Shown: in pieces, positions 19,958 to 30,572 of the stretch
Layout of the letters: every line of letters begins with the position of its first letter
Position numbering within the stretch: the first letter of the stretch is position 1
From: Synechococcus sp.
GTDB lineage: Bacteria > Cyanobacteriota > Cyanobacteriia > PCC-6307 > Cyanobiaceae
DNA: 64,000 nucleotides
Direction: 5' to 3'
Assembly: GCA_047284725.1 (NCBI GenBank)
Contig: JBJBEO010000001.1
Location: 1,592,203-1,656,202 of the forward strand
The notes under the pieces: model-generated
What the model was told of the DNA's origin: nothing
Databases searched by the model: none
Seen by the model: the letters and a program-made list of their open reading frames with translations, nothing else
Translations under genes and position numbers: made by a program

Positions 19958-20290
19958 CTACGGGTCTGGGGTGGCTTCAGGCGAGAGCTGCTCAAGAAGC
20001 GCCTGCTGCTCCTCCGGGCTCAGGGCCTCAAACCGCGCCTGAAGCTCAGCGTCGGTGAATTGGTCATAGCCCTTGCGATAACGGCGACGCTGCTCCATGT
20101 AGGTCATCTTTCCTGTGACAACACGGAACAGATAGGAACCGGTCCAGACCACCACGATCACGATCAGCACTGCTTCGGCCGCGATGCCGGCCGAAGCATC
20201 CTCGAAACCAACCGCGGTGAAGGCGCCGTAACCAAGACCACCCAGCACCAGCACCAACAGGCCGATGAGGAGAACGTTCAAACGGGTCAA
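19958..20290 (-). CDS. DUF3007-type membrane protein
   Basis: Two TM helices plus W..SYLFRVVTG.MTY.EQR..Y; lies between ndhL and trpA. Confidence 0.8.
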   Translation of the reverse strand: MTRLNVLLIGLLVLVLGGLGYGAFTAVGFEDASAGIAAEAVLIVIVVVWTGSYLFRVVTGKMTYMEQRRRYRKGYDQFTDAELQARFEALSPEEQQALLEQLSPEATPDP

Positions 20291-20294
20291 CGGT

Positions 20295-20522
20295 TCAGAC
20301 CTCGCCTTGACCTTGCAGCCGGAAATTGAGGAAGGGAGCGAACATGATCATCCCCGGAAAGAAGAGAAACACCATTCCGTAGATACCGAGCCGTTCCACC
20401 TTGCCCATCCGGTGCCAGCGCTTGTTCATCCAGAAATAGAGCACCAGGGGCACCACCACCAGATAGAGGCCACCCAAAAGGACATAAGCGGCAAGCACGA
20501 GCAGCGTCTCCGTACTGGCCAT
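20295..20522 (-). CDS. ndhL: NDH-1 subunit L
   Basis: YLVVVP...WMNKRW....ERL..YG.VFLFFPG...APFLNFR; start at ATG 20522 or slightly upstream. Confidence 0.92.
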   Translation of the reverse strand: MASTETLLVLAAYVLLGGLYLVVVPLVLYFWMNKRWHRMGKVERLGIYGMVFLFFPGMIMFAPFLNFRLQGQGEV

Positions 20523-20611
20523 GTTGGTGAGGGCTTCCGGCAACACATCACTCCCGCTTGATGGCTGAAATCTAAGATGCCGAGAAGAGCACTGACACGG
20601 CTCTGACCGCC

Positions 20612-20697
20612 GGGGGCATGGCGGAATTGGTAGACGCACGCGACTTAAAATCGTTTGGGCCGTAAGGCCTGTGGGGGTTCAAGTCCCCCTGCCCCCA
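20612..20697 (+). tRNA. trnL: tRNA-Leu(UAA), intronless, CCA not encoded
   Basis: Acceptor stem GGGGGCA/TGCCCCC, D-arm GGCGGAATTGGTAGACGC, anticodon loop CT-TAA-AA, long variable arm, GGTTCAAGTCC T-arm. Confidence 0.95.
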
Positions 20698-20721
20698 CTG
20701 CTTGATCCACAGCCGGATTGT

Positions 20722-21669
20722 TCAAGGCATGGCTGGATGCTGCACGCCACGAGTGTTGACGTAAATGGCGTACATCGCCGTCCAGGCACAGATGAACAAA
20801 CGGTTGCAGTGTTCCCCACCAAAACAGAGATTGGCGACCCGCTGGGGCGTGCGCAGGCGGCCGAGGCGATGGCCGTCAGGAGCAATGCAGTGCACGCCAT
20901 CGCCTGCGCTGCTCCAGACATGGCCCTCTACATCCACGCAGATGCCATCGGCGTAACCCGGACTCACCTGGTGGAACAACCGCGCCTCGCCAAGGCCGCC
21001 ACCACCATCCTCCACATCGAAAACGAGGATGCGTCGTTCTGGATCGGGATCATCCGGTGCCCCCGTATCGACCACGTACAGAAGCGATTCATCTGGAGAG
21101 AAGGCCAGACCATTGGGTCCAACCACCTGCGATGGCTCGGTCATCGCCGTCAAAGAGCCATCGTTGGGATCAAAACGATAGATCCGGGCCGGCTGGCGAG
21201 AACTGCGTCTCCCACCCTCGTAGTCATTGATCAGTCCGTAGAGCGGATCACTGAACCAGATCGTTCCGTCCCGTTTCACCACCACATCGTTGGGGGTGTT
21301 GAGGGGTTCTCCGCGATGGGAATCCACCAGGCGCACCACCCGGCCGCTGTGCTCGGTGCGCAGCAAAGCCCTCTCGCCATGACTGCAGGTCAGCAGCCGT
21401 CCGTGGCGATCACGGGTCTGCCCATTCGGGAAACCGGCCCGATGGCGGAAGACGCTCAGCCCGTGGTCCTCATCCCAGGCCAAGATCCGGTCATTGGGAA
21501 TGTCTGAGACCAGCAGCCGGTTCTGATCTCCGATCCAGACCGGCCCCTCCAACCATCGACACCCCTCAAACAACACCTCCATCTGGGCGTTGAACAGCAA
21601 CAGATCGTGGAAGCGGGGGTGATCCGCCGCAAATGCGGTGTCAACGAAGCTGGACTGGGAAACAGCCAT
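20722..21669 (-). CDS. SMP-30/gluconolactonase/LRE family beta-propeller
   Basis: WLEGPVW, NGQT, PNDVVV, FSDP, PNGLAFSPDE, ADGICVD, NLCFGG. Confidence 0.9.
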   Translation of the reverse strand: MAVSQSSFVDTAFAADHPRFHDLLLFNAQMEVLFEGCRWLEGPVWIGDQNRLLVSDIPNDRILAWDEDHGLSVFRHRAGFPNGQTRDRHGRLLTCSHGERALLRTEHSGRVVRLVDSHRGEPLNTPNDVVVKRDGTIWFSDPLYGLINDYEGGRRSSRQPARIYRFDPNDGSLTAMTEPSQVVGPNGLAFSPDESLLYVVDTGAPDDPDPERRILVFDVEDGGGGLGEARLFHQVSPGYADGICVDVEGHVWSSAGDGVHCIAPDGHRLGRLRTPQRVANLCFGGEHCNRLFICAWTAMYAIYVNTRGVQHPAMP

Positions 21670-21697
21670 TGACCAGCGCCATTTGCTTTCAAGCTAT

Positions 21698-22810
21698 TCA
21701 GGCAACCCCTGTCTGACCAACAGGCGAGATCGCCGTGATCCGCCAGGGAAGGGTGTCACCGCCATGGAACAGCACTGGAGCCTGGTCGTCTGCAAGGGGA
21801 CCCTCACCCGCTGACGACGGGAAGGGGCCGAGCAGACGGACCGGCACATCAAGCGGCGCGCGTTCAAGGGTGACGGTGCCGGAATTGAGGGGTAGGCCGT
21901 AGAAACGCGGGCCGAATTCGCTGGCGAAGCCTTCGAGCTGAGGGAGAGCATCTTCCTGCTCAAACACGGTGGCGTAGCTCTCCAGGGCATGGAGAGCATT
22001 GAAGATGCCGGCACAGCCACAGGCTGATTCCTTGCCAGCCCGGGGGTGCGGGGCGGAATCGGTGCCAAGGAAGAAGCAGGGCTCACCACTGGTGGCCGCT
22101 TTCACCAGAGCACGACGGTGGGTCTCACGCTTAACGACCGGAAGACAGTAGAAGTCGCTTCGCAATCCACCGGCAAACATGGCGTTGCGGTTGAGGTGGA
22201 GATGGTGGGGAGTGATCGTTGCCGCCAGCAACGAACTCCTTCCCGACACGTAATCCACGGCTTGTGCGGTGGTGATGTGTTCCAGAACCACCTTCAGACC
22301 TTGATGACGCTCGCGCAGGGGAATCAGATGCCGATCGATGAACACAGCCTCACGATCGAAGATGTCGATACCGGAATCGGTGACCTCGCCATGGATGAGC
22401 AAGGGAATCCCCAGCGCTTCCATCCTTTCCAGCACGGGGGCGATCGTGTCGAGATCAGTTACACCCGCCGCTGAATTGGTGGTGGCATTGGCGGGGTAAA
22501 GCTTGGCGGCTGTGAACACCCCATCACGAAAGCCTTCCTCCAGCACTGCCGGGTCCAGATCATCGGTGAGATAGGCCGTCATCAAGGGTGTGAACTGCGC
22601 ATCGTCCGGCAGGGCTGAGATGATCCGCTCGCGGTAGGCCAGTGCTGCCTCCACCGTGGTGACTGGTGGCTTGAGGTTGGGCATCACGATGGCCCGCGCA
22701 AACACCCGTGCTGTGGCCGGAAGCACCGCCTGCAACATGGCCCCGTCACGCAGGTGCACATGCCAATCGTCGGGACGACGAAGCGTGAGACGAGACGGAA
22801 CTTCAGTCAC
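21698..22810 (-). CDS. pyrC: Dihydroorotase
   Basis: [29 protein letters not shown]. Confidence 0.96.
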   Translation of the reverse strand: MTEVPSRLTLRRPDDWHVHLRDGAMLQAVLPATARVFARAIVMPNLKPPVTTVEAALAYRERIISALPDDAQFTPLMTAYLTDDLDPAVLEEGFRDGVFTAAKLYPANATTNSAAGVTDLDTIAPVLERMEALGIPLLIHGEVTDSGIDIFDREAVFIDRHLIPLRERHQGLKVVLEHITTAQAVDYVSGRSSLLAATITPHHLHLNRNAMFAGGLRSDFYCLPVVKRETHRRALVKAATSGEPCFFLGTDSAPHPRAGKESACGCAGIFNALHALESYATVFEQEDALPQLEGFASEFGPRFYGLPLNSGTVTLERAPLDVPVRLLGPFPSSAGEGPLADDQAPVLFHGGDTLPWRITAISPVGQTGVA

Positions 22811-22827
22811 AGAGCCAGAGGCAAAGA

Positions 22828-24471
22828 TCAGTTGAGGCCGGCGACCGCCCGGCGCAGTGCATCACAACGATCGGTGGTGATGCACTCCTCAGGGATCAGC
22901 TGTAGCAACTTGAGCTTCTCGAGGCGACGACGGGTGACACCCGGAAGAAGCACCAGATACACCTGGCGGCCCACTTCCAGGGCTTCCTTGATGGCATTTT
23001 CCAGGGCTAAAGAAGCTGTGACCCCGAGGTGAGAGACCTCATGAAGGTCAAAGACCACCGCTTCACAATCGCTGATGGCGTTGTGTTCCCGGGAAATGGC
23101 CTTGGCAACGCCAAAGATCATCGGCCCAGCGAGCTGGAAGAGAAGAACGCGACCTGATGCCTGGTCGATGAACGCTTGCTCCTCATCTGACAGTTCAACA
23201 TCGTCGTCGGCCGTGCTGATCGTTTTCACACGCTTCGACTGAAGGGCGCTCATGCGATCGATGGTGAGCACGTTCGCAACGAACACGCCGATGCCAACAG
23301 CTGCGATCAGGTCGACCAAGACCGTCAGGGCGATCACCCCATAGGTGATCAGCGCAGCCTTGACAGACAGGTGATGGGCGCGTTGCAGGAAATCCCAATC
23401 GATGATGTCGATACCGACCTTGAGGGCAATCCCGGCCAGCACAGCCAAGGGGATCTGAGCCGCAAGGGGGGCTGCAACCAGCACCACCACCATCAGGATC
23501 ACGGCGCGGATGATCCCGGACAGAGCCGAACGACCACCGGCCTGGATGTTCACCACCGTGCCCATGGTGGCGCCAGCACCCGGGAGACCACCGAACAACC
23601 CCGAGGCAATGTTCGCGAGGCCCTGACCAACCAGTTCCTTGTTGGAATCGTGTTCGGTGCGGGTGAGGCTGTCAGCCACCACGGAGGTGAGCAACGCATC
23701 GATGCAACCGAGCATGCCCAGAACAGCACCATCGACCAGCATCAAACTCAACTGACCGCCGTCAAACCGCGGCATCTGGGGGCTTGGCAATTGCGCGGAG
23801 AATTCACCAATCACCGCGAGATCAAGATCCTTCGGCAAAATGATGTAAAGCAAGGTGCCGACCACAAGGGCGAGGAGCTGTGGTGGGCAAAACTTTTTGA
23901 CGGCGCCGGGTGTCAACCAAAGAATCGCGACAGTGACGACAGCCAGAGCCAGCTCAGGAGCATCCACATTGCTGAGCAGGTCGGGGATCCGAACGATGGT
24001 GCCTTTGACGCCCCCTTGGGCTTGCTGCCCGAGAAACGCAGGTAACTGAAGGATCACCAGGATGGCCCCGATCCCCGACATAAAGCCGGAAATCACCGTG
24101 TAGGGCATCTGGGTGACATAGCGCCCCAGACGGAAAACCCCGAACAGGATCTGGAACAAGCCCGCAAGCATCACCACGGTGAACGCCATCGCCATGGCCG
24201 TCCCCTCGTCCGGAGCCGTCGCAGTGAGGCTGATGATCACAGAGGTGAACACCACCGTCATCGGACCGGTGGGTTCGGAGATCAGCGTGGGAGTGCCCCC
24301 AAAGAAAGCCGCCACCAGGCCGATGATCACGGCACCCCAAAGGCCTGGGCCAGGACTACCGGTTGCCGCCACGCCGAAGGCCAATGCCATGGGGAGCGCC
24401 ACGACAGCGGCCGTCAGACCACCAAAGGCGTCACCTTTGATGTTCTGAGTGCTGATGCGGTTCAGAAACAC
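22828..24471 (-). CDS. bicA: SulP/SLC26 anion transporter with STAS domain, BicA-type bicarbonate transporter
   Basis: [46 protein letters not shown]; likely GTG start 24471 inside the over-long 865-aa ORF. Confidence 0.8.
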   Translation of the reverse strand: MFLNRISTQNIKGDAFGGLTAAVVALPMALAFGVAATGSPGPGLWGAVIIGLVAAFFGGTPTLISEPTGPMTVVFTSVIISLTATAPDEGTAMAMAFTVVMLAGLFQILFGVFRLGRYVTQMPYTVISGFMSGIGAILVILQLPAFLGQQAQGGVKGTIVRIPDLLSNVDAPELALAVVTVAILWLTPGAVKKFCPPQLLALVVGTLLYIILPKDLDLAVIGEFSAQLPSPQMPRFDGGQLSLMLVDGAVLGMLGCIDALLTSVVADSLTRTEHDSNKELVGQGLANIASGLFGGLPGAGATMGTVVNIQAGGRSALSGIIRAVILMVVVLVAAPLAAQIPLAVLAGIALKVGIDIIDWDFLQRAHHLSVKAALITYGVIALTVLVDLIAAVGIGVFVANVLTIDRMSALQSKRVKTISTADDDVELSDEEQAFIDQASGRVLLFQLAGPMIFGVAKAISREHNAISDCEAVVFDLHEVSHLGVTASLALENAIKEALEVGRQVYLVLLPGVTRRRLEKLKLLQLIPEECITTDRCDALRRAVAGLN

Positions 24472-24534
24472 TTCGGTTTCGTTATCGATTCTGGGGATGC
24501 TAGAGCTCACCTCGGTTTGCGTACTTCCCGAACA

Positions 24535-24549
24535 ATCAGCATTGGCTAT
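24535..24549. promoter_or_regulatory. Candidate LysR-type box between bicA and the CaCA antiporter
   Basis: ATCAGCATTGGCTAT = AT-N11-AT dyad about 65 bp upstream of the bicA start. Confidence 0.35.
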
Positions 24550-24595
24550 CGGGTGAGACAGCAGAATCAAGCCAACGTCATCAATTGCCGCCGCG

Positions 24596-25699
24596 ATGCC
24601 CGAGTTCCTGCTCTCCGCTCTGGAAGTGCTGGTGGGCATCGCCCTGCTCTTTGGCGGCGGCGAGTTGTTTGTGCAGGGGGCCGTCACCATGGCCTTGATC
24701 CTGGGGATTCCCCAGCTGGTGATCGGCCTGACGGTGGTCTCCCTCGGCACCAGCGCCCCTGAATTCTTCGTGGGCATCGGTTCGGTCTTGAACCAGTCCG
24801 ACGCCCTGGCGGTGAGCAATGTCGTGGGCAGCAACATCTTCAACGTGATGGTGGTGCTGGGCAGCAGTTCCTTGGTGCTGCCGTTGAAGGTGGAAAGTCG
24901 CCTGGTTCGCCGGGATGTGCCCTTGCTTCTGGCCGTGTCCGCTGCGGTTTGGGGCATGGCCTCCACCGGCACAGTCACCTGGCAATCAGGGGTCGCCCTT
25001 CTGCTGGCATTGGTGATCAACAGCATCTGGGAGATCCGCACCGCCCGGGAAGAGCCCGAGGAGATGGAGAACGCGGAGCCTGAGATCGACGTCGAAACCG
25101 CCGAGGAAGGCTGGTTCAAGGCCACGGTCCGCTTGGCGGCGGGGATCCTTGTGCTCGGCTTCGGGGCCTCGATCCTGGTGAAGGGAGCCTCAGCCGCCGC
25201 AACCCAGCTGGGAGTAAGCGAAGCAGTGATCGGTCTCACCATCGTGTCGGCAGGCACATCCATGCCTGAATTGATCACCTCTCTTGTGGCGGCGCTGCGG
25301 GGACGCACCGACCTTGCCATTGGCAATGTCGTGGGCAGTTGCCTGCTCAACCTGCTGCTGGTGCTGGGTGGTGGCGCCATTGCCACGGGAGCCCGCGGCC
25401 TGCAGGTGAGCCCCGAACTCATCAACGACGATCTGCCGGTGATGCTGCTGACATGCCTGGCCTGTTTCCCGATCTTCTGGACGAAGGGAGTGATTTCACG
25501 CCTGGAAGGTGGGCTGCTGGTGGGGCTCTATGTGGTCTATCTCGCCGACAATGTGCTGCCACGCACAAGCTTCGCCTCGTGGTCCGATGAGTTCCGCCTG
25601 CTGGTGCTTTGCCTGATCTTGCCGGCCGTGATGGTGCTGATCACGACCCAGGCCCTGGTGTATTGGCGCCAGCTCCGTAACGGCCAATCCCAAAGCTGA
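24596..25699 (+). CDS. Ca2+/Na+ antiporter (CaCA, YrbG-like)
   Basis: Duplicated alpha repeats GTSAPE/GTSMPE and NVVGS. Confidence 0.92.
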   Translation: MPEFLLSALEVLVGIALLFGGGELFVQGAVTMALILGIPQLVIGLTVVSLGTSAPEFFVGIGSVLNQSDALAVSNVVGSNIFNVMVVLGSSSLVLPLKVESRLVRRDVPLLLAVSAAVWGMASTGTVTWQSGVALLLALVINSIWEIRTAREEPEEMENAEPEIDVETAEEGWFKATVRLAAGILVLGFGASILVKGASAAATQLGVSEAVIGLTIVSAGTSMPELITSLVAALRGRTDLAIGNVVGSCLLNLLLVLGGGAIATGARGLQVSPELINDDLPVMLLTCLACFPIFWTKGVISRLEGGLLVGLYVVYLADNVLPRTSFASWSDEFRLLVLCLILPAVMVLITTQALVYWRQLRNGQSQS

Positions 25700-25734
25700 T
25701 CCCAGCGTTGAAGATCAGCAACGCATCCCTGCAG

Positions 25735-27099
25735 TCACCCCATGGTGACGAACTCCTCGGCCACCGATGGATGCAGGGCCATGGTGCGATCGAAATCAGC
25801 CTTGGTGGCCCCCATGCCAATGGCGATCGCGGCCATCTGGATGATCTCTGCGGCGTGTTCACCCACCATGTGGCAGCCGAGGACCCGATCATTTGACCGT
25901 TCCACCACCAGCTTGAGCAGACAGCGCGGACCAGTTTTCGGCAAAGCCTGAGCCATTGATCGGAAGCGGGCACGATGCACCACCACCTGCTCCGCACCAT
26001 GGCGAGCAATGGCGGCGTTCTCACTCAGGCCTACGGTGGCCAGCTCTGGCTGACTGAACACGGCGCTGGCCACCAGGTCGTGGTCGACCTGGCGGTGAAG
26101 ACCAGCGAACACAGAATCGGCATAGGCCCTGCCCTCATCGACCGCCACAGGAGTGAGACAAACCCGGTCGGTCACATCACCGACCGCATGAATGTGGGGA
26201 ATGTTGGTGGCCTGATCGGCATCCACGGGGACCTTTCCAGCCTGCACCTGGACGCCCGCCGCAGCAAGATCCAGACCATCGAGGAAGGGTCGCCGGCCGG
26301 TGGCGAGCAACACACCGCCACAGCGCAGCCAATCGCCCTGACTGGTCAGCACCGCAAGGTCTCCAGGAAGGCCCTCAATGGCCTCTGGGGTGGTGGCGAA
26401 GCGCAGGTCAACACCCTTCTCCACCATGCCTTCCTGAACGGCATCGGCGAGTTCACGATCAAAGCCGCGCAGAAGATGATCCCCGCGCACGAGCTGAATC
26501 ACCTCAACCCCCAGCCCCCTGAGGATGCAGGCAAATTCACAGGCGATGAAACCGGCCCCCACCACGACAACCCGCTGCGGGTAACGCTCCTGCAGAAACA
26601 TGTGGTCACTGACCCAAGCCAGTTCGGCACCCGGGAACGCGGGCCGATGCGGACGTCCTCCCACGGCAATCAGAATCCGTTGGCCATGAAGCACCCGCTC
26701 GGACTCGGCTCCTGCAGTGCATACAGCGACGCGATGGGGATCAAGAAAACGTCCCCAACCTGACACCAAGACAACCCCAGCCTTCTCCAGAAATGCAATG
26801 TGCAGAGCGTTGAGGCGATCCACTTCCTGCCGCACATTGGCGAGCAGGACTGCCGAGTCTTGCGTCACCTCCCCAACGCTGACGCCATAACTCGGCGCCG
26901 CTTGCAGCTGATCCTGAACCTGGGAGCCGTAGACCAGAAGCTTCTTGGGCACACAACCACGGATCACACAGGTGCCGCCGACCCGGTCTCCCTCCACAAT
27001 CGCCACCCGGGCACCGTGGCGAGCCGCACGCTTTGCGGCAGCCAGTCCTCCGGAACCGGCACCCACCACAATCAGGTCAAAGCTGTCGTCGTTCAACAT
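25735..27099 (-). CDS. gor: Glutathione reductase
   Basis: GAGSGG, GGTCVIRGCVPKK, LTPVA, HPSVAEE. Confidence 0.94.
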   Translation of the reverse strand: MLNDDSFDLIVVGAGSGGLAAAKRAARHGARVAIVEGDRVGGTCVIRGCVPKKLLVYGSQVQDQLQAAPSYGVSVGEVTQDSAVLLANVRQEVDRLNALHIAFLEKAGVVLVSGWGRFLDPHRVAVCTAGAESERVLHGQRILIAVGGRPHRPAFPGAELAWVSDHMFLQERYPQRVVVVGAGFIACEFACILRGLGVEVIQLVRGDHLLRGFDRELADAVQEGMVEKGVDLRFATTPEAIEGLPGDLAVLTSQGDWLRCGGVLLATGRRPFLDGLDLAAAGVQVQAGKVPVDADQATNIPHIHAVGDVTDRVCLTPVAVDEGRAYADSVFAGLHRQVDHDLVASAVFSQPELATVGLSENAAIARHGAEQVVVHRARFRSMAQALPKTGPRCLLKLVVERSNDRVLGCHMVGEHAAEIIQMAAIAIGMGATKADFDRTMALHPSVAEEFVTMG

Positions 27100-27255
27100 T
27101 CAGAGCGTGGCGAACCACTGCCAACTGCCCGCATTGTGCCCGGCACAAAAGGTGTAGGCGTCGCCACCGGGAGCGATCAGGCCGTGCAACGCCAGCGGTA
27201 TGGGAGCAGAGCTCTGATGCAAACGCATGCAAACCCTGAAATCACGGCATAGTGA

Positions 27256-27927
27256 ATGTGCTTGATCGCTTTCAATCCGCTGCATCTCGCCCAGTACGAC
27301 CGCATTCCTGATCCCGACGGGTATCCGTTGTTCGAGGTGGAGATTCAGCATCTCCAACCCACCCAGATGTGCATCGGTTTGGCAGAGGTGCGCAGTCGGC
27401 AGAAGGACTTCCAGGCCGACAGCGATGCAGAACGTCTGCGATACCTGCGCACGAAGCCCGTGCCACTGGTGCGCAACGCCAGAGGCGAGCTGTGGATGGT
27501 GGATCGCCACCACCGCCTTCGAGCTCTGCTGGAGATGGATCCGCATCTCACCACCTACGGCTACGTGATCGAAGATCTCGACAGCACCGATCGCAGCACC
27601 GTGTTGCAAAGACTGCAATCACGTGGGTGGCTGTATCTCTTCGACGGCCGAGGCACAGGTCCGCAAACGCCTGAAGCACTACCCACAAGCCTGATGGGCC
27701 TCCAGGATGATCCCTACCGCAGCCTTGTCTGGAAGCTGAAGAAGGAGCGAGCCATCAAGCCACAACCCCTGATTCCCTATCACGAGTTCCGCTGGGGTGC
27801 GTGGCTTCGCAGTCGGCCCCTTCCCCCCTTCAGTTCCATGCAACTTGAGCCTGCCTTGCCGCCGGCCAGACGGTTGGTACGGTCAACAGGAGCCGCGCAT
27901 CTCGCCGGCTGGACAGGCGCCGGTTGA
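27256..27927 (+). CDS. ParB/Srx-like domain protein (ParB-like nuclease family)
   Basis: LQPTQ..IG..EV, PVPLV, VDRHH, L.DDPYRSL pattern. Confidence 0.8.
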   Translation: MCLIAFNPLHLAQYDRIPDPDGYPLFEVEIQHLQPTQMCIGLAEVRSRQKDFQADSDAERLRYLRTKPVPLVRNARGELWMVDRHHRLRALLEMDPHLTTYGYVIEDLDSTDRSTVLQRLQSRGWLYLFDGRGTGPQTPEALPTSLMGLQDDPYRSLVWKLKKERAIKPQPLIPYHEFRWGAWLRSRPLPPFSSMQLEPALPPARRLVRSTGAAHLAGWTGAG

Positions 27928-27937
27928 GCCTCTTCGA

Positions 27938-29329
27938 TCAGCGTTTTTTGCGCGAATCAATCTGCAGCAGGTCCTTCACCTTCTGCACTTGGCTGGCGAT
28001 CTGAGGATCCGATGACAATTTTTTCTCCACCTGCTCGATCGCGTACATCACGGTGGTGTGGTCCTTGCCGCCGAAGGTTTCACCGATGCGGGGCAGGCTG
28101 AGGTCAGTGCCCTGACGCATCAGGTACATCCCGACCTGCCGGGCCTGACTCACAGCCCTGCGCCGACTGCTGCTGAGCATGTCATCCGCACTGACATTGA
28201 ACACCTCCGACACCTTCTCGATCACCTGCTGCGGGGTGACTTCCACCCCCCGGCCACTGGGGTCGAGCATCGGAGCCACCGATTCCACCGTCATCGGCAG
28301 ACCCGTGATGGACGCGAACGCCACAGCCCTCGTCAGAGCGCCCTCCAGCTCACGGATATTGGACGTGAAACGCCCCGAAATGTACTGAATCAGATCCCTG
28401 GGAAGGGCCACCCGTTCCTGCTCAGCTTTCTTCTGGAGAATCGCCATGCGCGTTTCCAGATCAGGAGTCTGGATATCAGCGATCAGCCCCATGGAGAAAC
28501 GGGAAATCAACCGTTCCTGAAGCCTGGGAATCTGGCTGGGAGGACGATCGCTTGCGATCACGATCTGACGACCGGCCTCATGCAAGGCGTTGAAGGTGTG
28601 AAAGAACTCTTCTTGGGTGTACTCCTTGCCTTCGATGAACTGAATGTCATCCACCAGAATCAGATCGGTGGCCCTGTATCGATCACGGAAGGCCTGCATG
28701 CCGTCCTTGCGGATCGCCACGATGAGGTCATTGGTGAAGGTCTCTGTGGAGACATACGACACCCGCGCATCCGGATCGATCTCCAAGCGGTAATGACCGA
28801 TGGCCTGCATCAGATGGGTCTTACCCAGACCCACGCCGCCACAGATGAACAGGGGATTGAATTCCCGACCGGGTGATTCAGCAACCGCCAACGCAGCGGC
28901 ATGGGCCATGCGGCTGTTGGGACCAACCACAAAACGGTTGAACACGTAACGGCGATTCAGTCCGGGGAGGCGTCGGGGCTGGCGGGATGGCACAGCGGTC
29001 ACGACATCCGGCCGGGCGGGAGCATCCGTCGGCACCGCGGGGGCCATCGGAGGGGCTTGAGCGTCCGATGCCTTCTCATCCACCTGGTGAGCCAGCACCG
29101 TCACCTGAACTGGGGTGCCAACAATGTCGGTGGCCAGCTCGGTGATGGTCTTGAGGTAATGCTTCCTCAGCCAGTTGCTGGCAAAGATGTTGGGGGCCTG
29201 CAGCAACAACTCACCGTTCGTGAACCCGCTGCACCGCACGGGACGCAGCCAGGTTTCAAAGGTGGGCTTGCTGAGACTGCCCTGTAGAGCTTGCTGCACT
29301 TTGTTCCACAGCTCACTCCCCGACAGCAC
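27938..29329 (-). CDS. dnaA: Chromosomal replication initiator DnaA
   Basis: [38 protein letters not shown]. Confidence 0.98.
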   Translation of the reverse strand: MLSGSELWNKVQQALQGSLSKPTFETWLRPVRCSGFTNGELLLQAPNIFASNWLRKHYLKTITELATDIVGTPVQVTVLAHQVDEKASDAQAPPMAPAVPTDAPARPDVVTAVPSRQPRRLPGLNRRYVFNRFVVGPNSRMAHAAALAVAESPGREFNPLFICGGVGLGKTHLMQAIGHYRLEIDPDARVSYVSTETFTNDLIVAIRKDGMQAFRDRYRATDLILVDDIQFIEGKEYTQEEFFHTFNALHEAGRQIVIASDRPPSQIPRLQERLISRFSMGLIADIQTPDLETRMAILQKKAEQERVALPRDLIQYISGRFTSNIRELEGALTRAVAFASITGLPMTVESVAPMLDPSGRGVEVTPQQVIEKVSEVFNVSADDMLSSSRRRAVSQARQVGMYLMRQGTDLSLPRIGETFGGKDHTTVMYAIEQVEKKLSSDPQIASQVQKVKDLLQIDSRKKR

Positions 29330-29420
29330 CTGGCACTCTCCTCAACGATGCCGGAATCTACGCACCTCCATGGGACGGAACGGCGTTTCATGGCACCCTG
29401 TCAGAAATCCCTGAGATCCC

Positions 29421-30572
29421 ATGGCTCGCGCCGATCACCTGCTGTCGCTGCGCCCACTGCGCTGGCTTGGACTCGGCGTGCTGGGACTTGGCTTGTGCAG
29501 CTGTCAGGCCGATTGGAAGCAGCGGCTTGGCATCTCCCCTCAGCCCCTCCCAGACAAAGTTCCAGAAGTCAGTGATGGTCCGACGGCGCCTCCCCTGAAG
29601 CCCGGACGCAATGTGATCGTGTCCGCAGTCGATCGCGTGGGCCCCGCAGTGGTACGCATCGACACGGTGAAACGGGTCAGCAATCCGCTGGGCACCTTGT
29701 TCGGCGGAGCGCCCTCCATTCAGCAGGAGCAGGGTCAGGGCTCGGGGTTCATCACCCGATCGGACGGCCTGATCTTCACCAATGAACATGTTGTGGAGGG
29801 AGCCGATCAGGTGTCGGTGACCCTTCCCGATGGCCGCAGCTTCCGAGGCAAGGTGCTCGGCGGCGATCCCCTAACGGATGTGGCCGTGGTGAAGGTCGTG
29901 GCCGACAAGTTGCCGGTGGCTCCATTGGGCAACTCGAATGACCTCAAGCCCGGTGAATGGGCCATTGCCATCGGCAATCCCCTTGGCCTCAACAACACCG
30001 TCACCGCGGGCATCATCAGCGCCGTTGATCGCACCGATGCGCTTGGCTCCGGACGACGCGTGCCCTACATCCAGACCGATGCAGCTGTGAACCCCGGCAA
30101 CAGCGGCGGTCCCTTGATCAACTCTTCAGGCCAGGTGATCGGTATCAACACCGCCATCCGCAAGGCCCCCGGTGCAGGCCTCAGTTTTGCCATTCCCATC
30201 AACCTGGCCAAACGGATTGCTCAGCAGATCATCAGCACCGGACAGGCCTCTCACCCCTACATCGGAGTTCGCCTCCAGACCCTCACGCCGCAGCTGGCCA
30301 AGGAAATCAACGCCACAAGCCAGACCTGTCGTGTTCCGGAAACCAATGGAGTGCTGGTGATCGAAGTGGTGGAGAACAGCCCGGCGTCGCGCGCCGGTAT
30401 CAAAGCCTGCGACCTGATCAAATCGGTGAATGGCACCAAGGTGAAGGATGCCTCCGAAGTGCAGTTGGAGGTGAGCCGCGGCACCGTTGGCGAACCGATG
30501 CCCTTGATCCTGGAACGAGACGCGAAACCGGTGGAGGTTTCAGTGCGTCCGGCAGAGTTGCCCAAGCAGTGA
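29421..30572 (+). CDS. HtrA/Deg serine protease with PDZ domain
   Basis: TNEHVV, DVAV, QTDAAVNPGNSGGPL; lipoprotein-like N-terminus. Confidence 0.93.
   Translation: MARADHLLSLRPLRWLGLGVLGLGLCSCQADWKQRLGISPQPLPDKVPEVSDGPTAPPLKPGRNVIVSAVDRVGPAVVRIDTVKRVSNPLGTLFGGAPSIQQEQGQGSGFITRSDGLIFTNEHVVEGADQVSVTLPDGRSFRGKVLGGDPLTDVAVVKVVADKLPVAPLGNSNDLKPGEWAIAIGNPLGLNNTVTAGIISAVDRTDALGSGRRVPYIQTDAAVNPGNSGGPLINSSGQVIGINTAIRKAPGAGLSFAIPINLAKRIAQQIISTGQASHPYIGVRLQTLTPQLAKEINATSQTCRVPETNGVLVIEVVENSPASRAGIKACDLIKSVNGTKVKDASEVQLEVSRGTVGEPMPLILERDAKPVEVSVRPAELPKQ

Noticed and set aside
22828..25425. 865-aa ORF suggesting a giant SulP fusion
   Set aside because: The first ~317 aa are the antisense reading of the CaCA gene and the spacer; SulP similarity begins at 24471.
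29302..29310. DnaA-box-like TGTTCCACA
   Set aside because: Single, mismatched and inside the dnaA coding sequence; not evidence for oriC.
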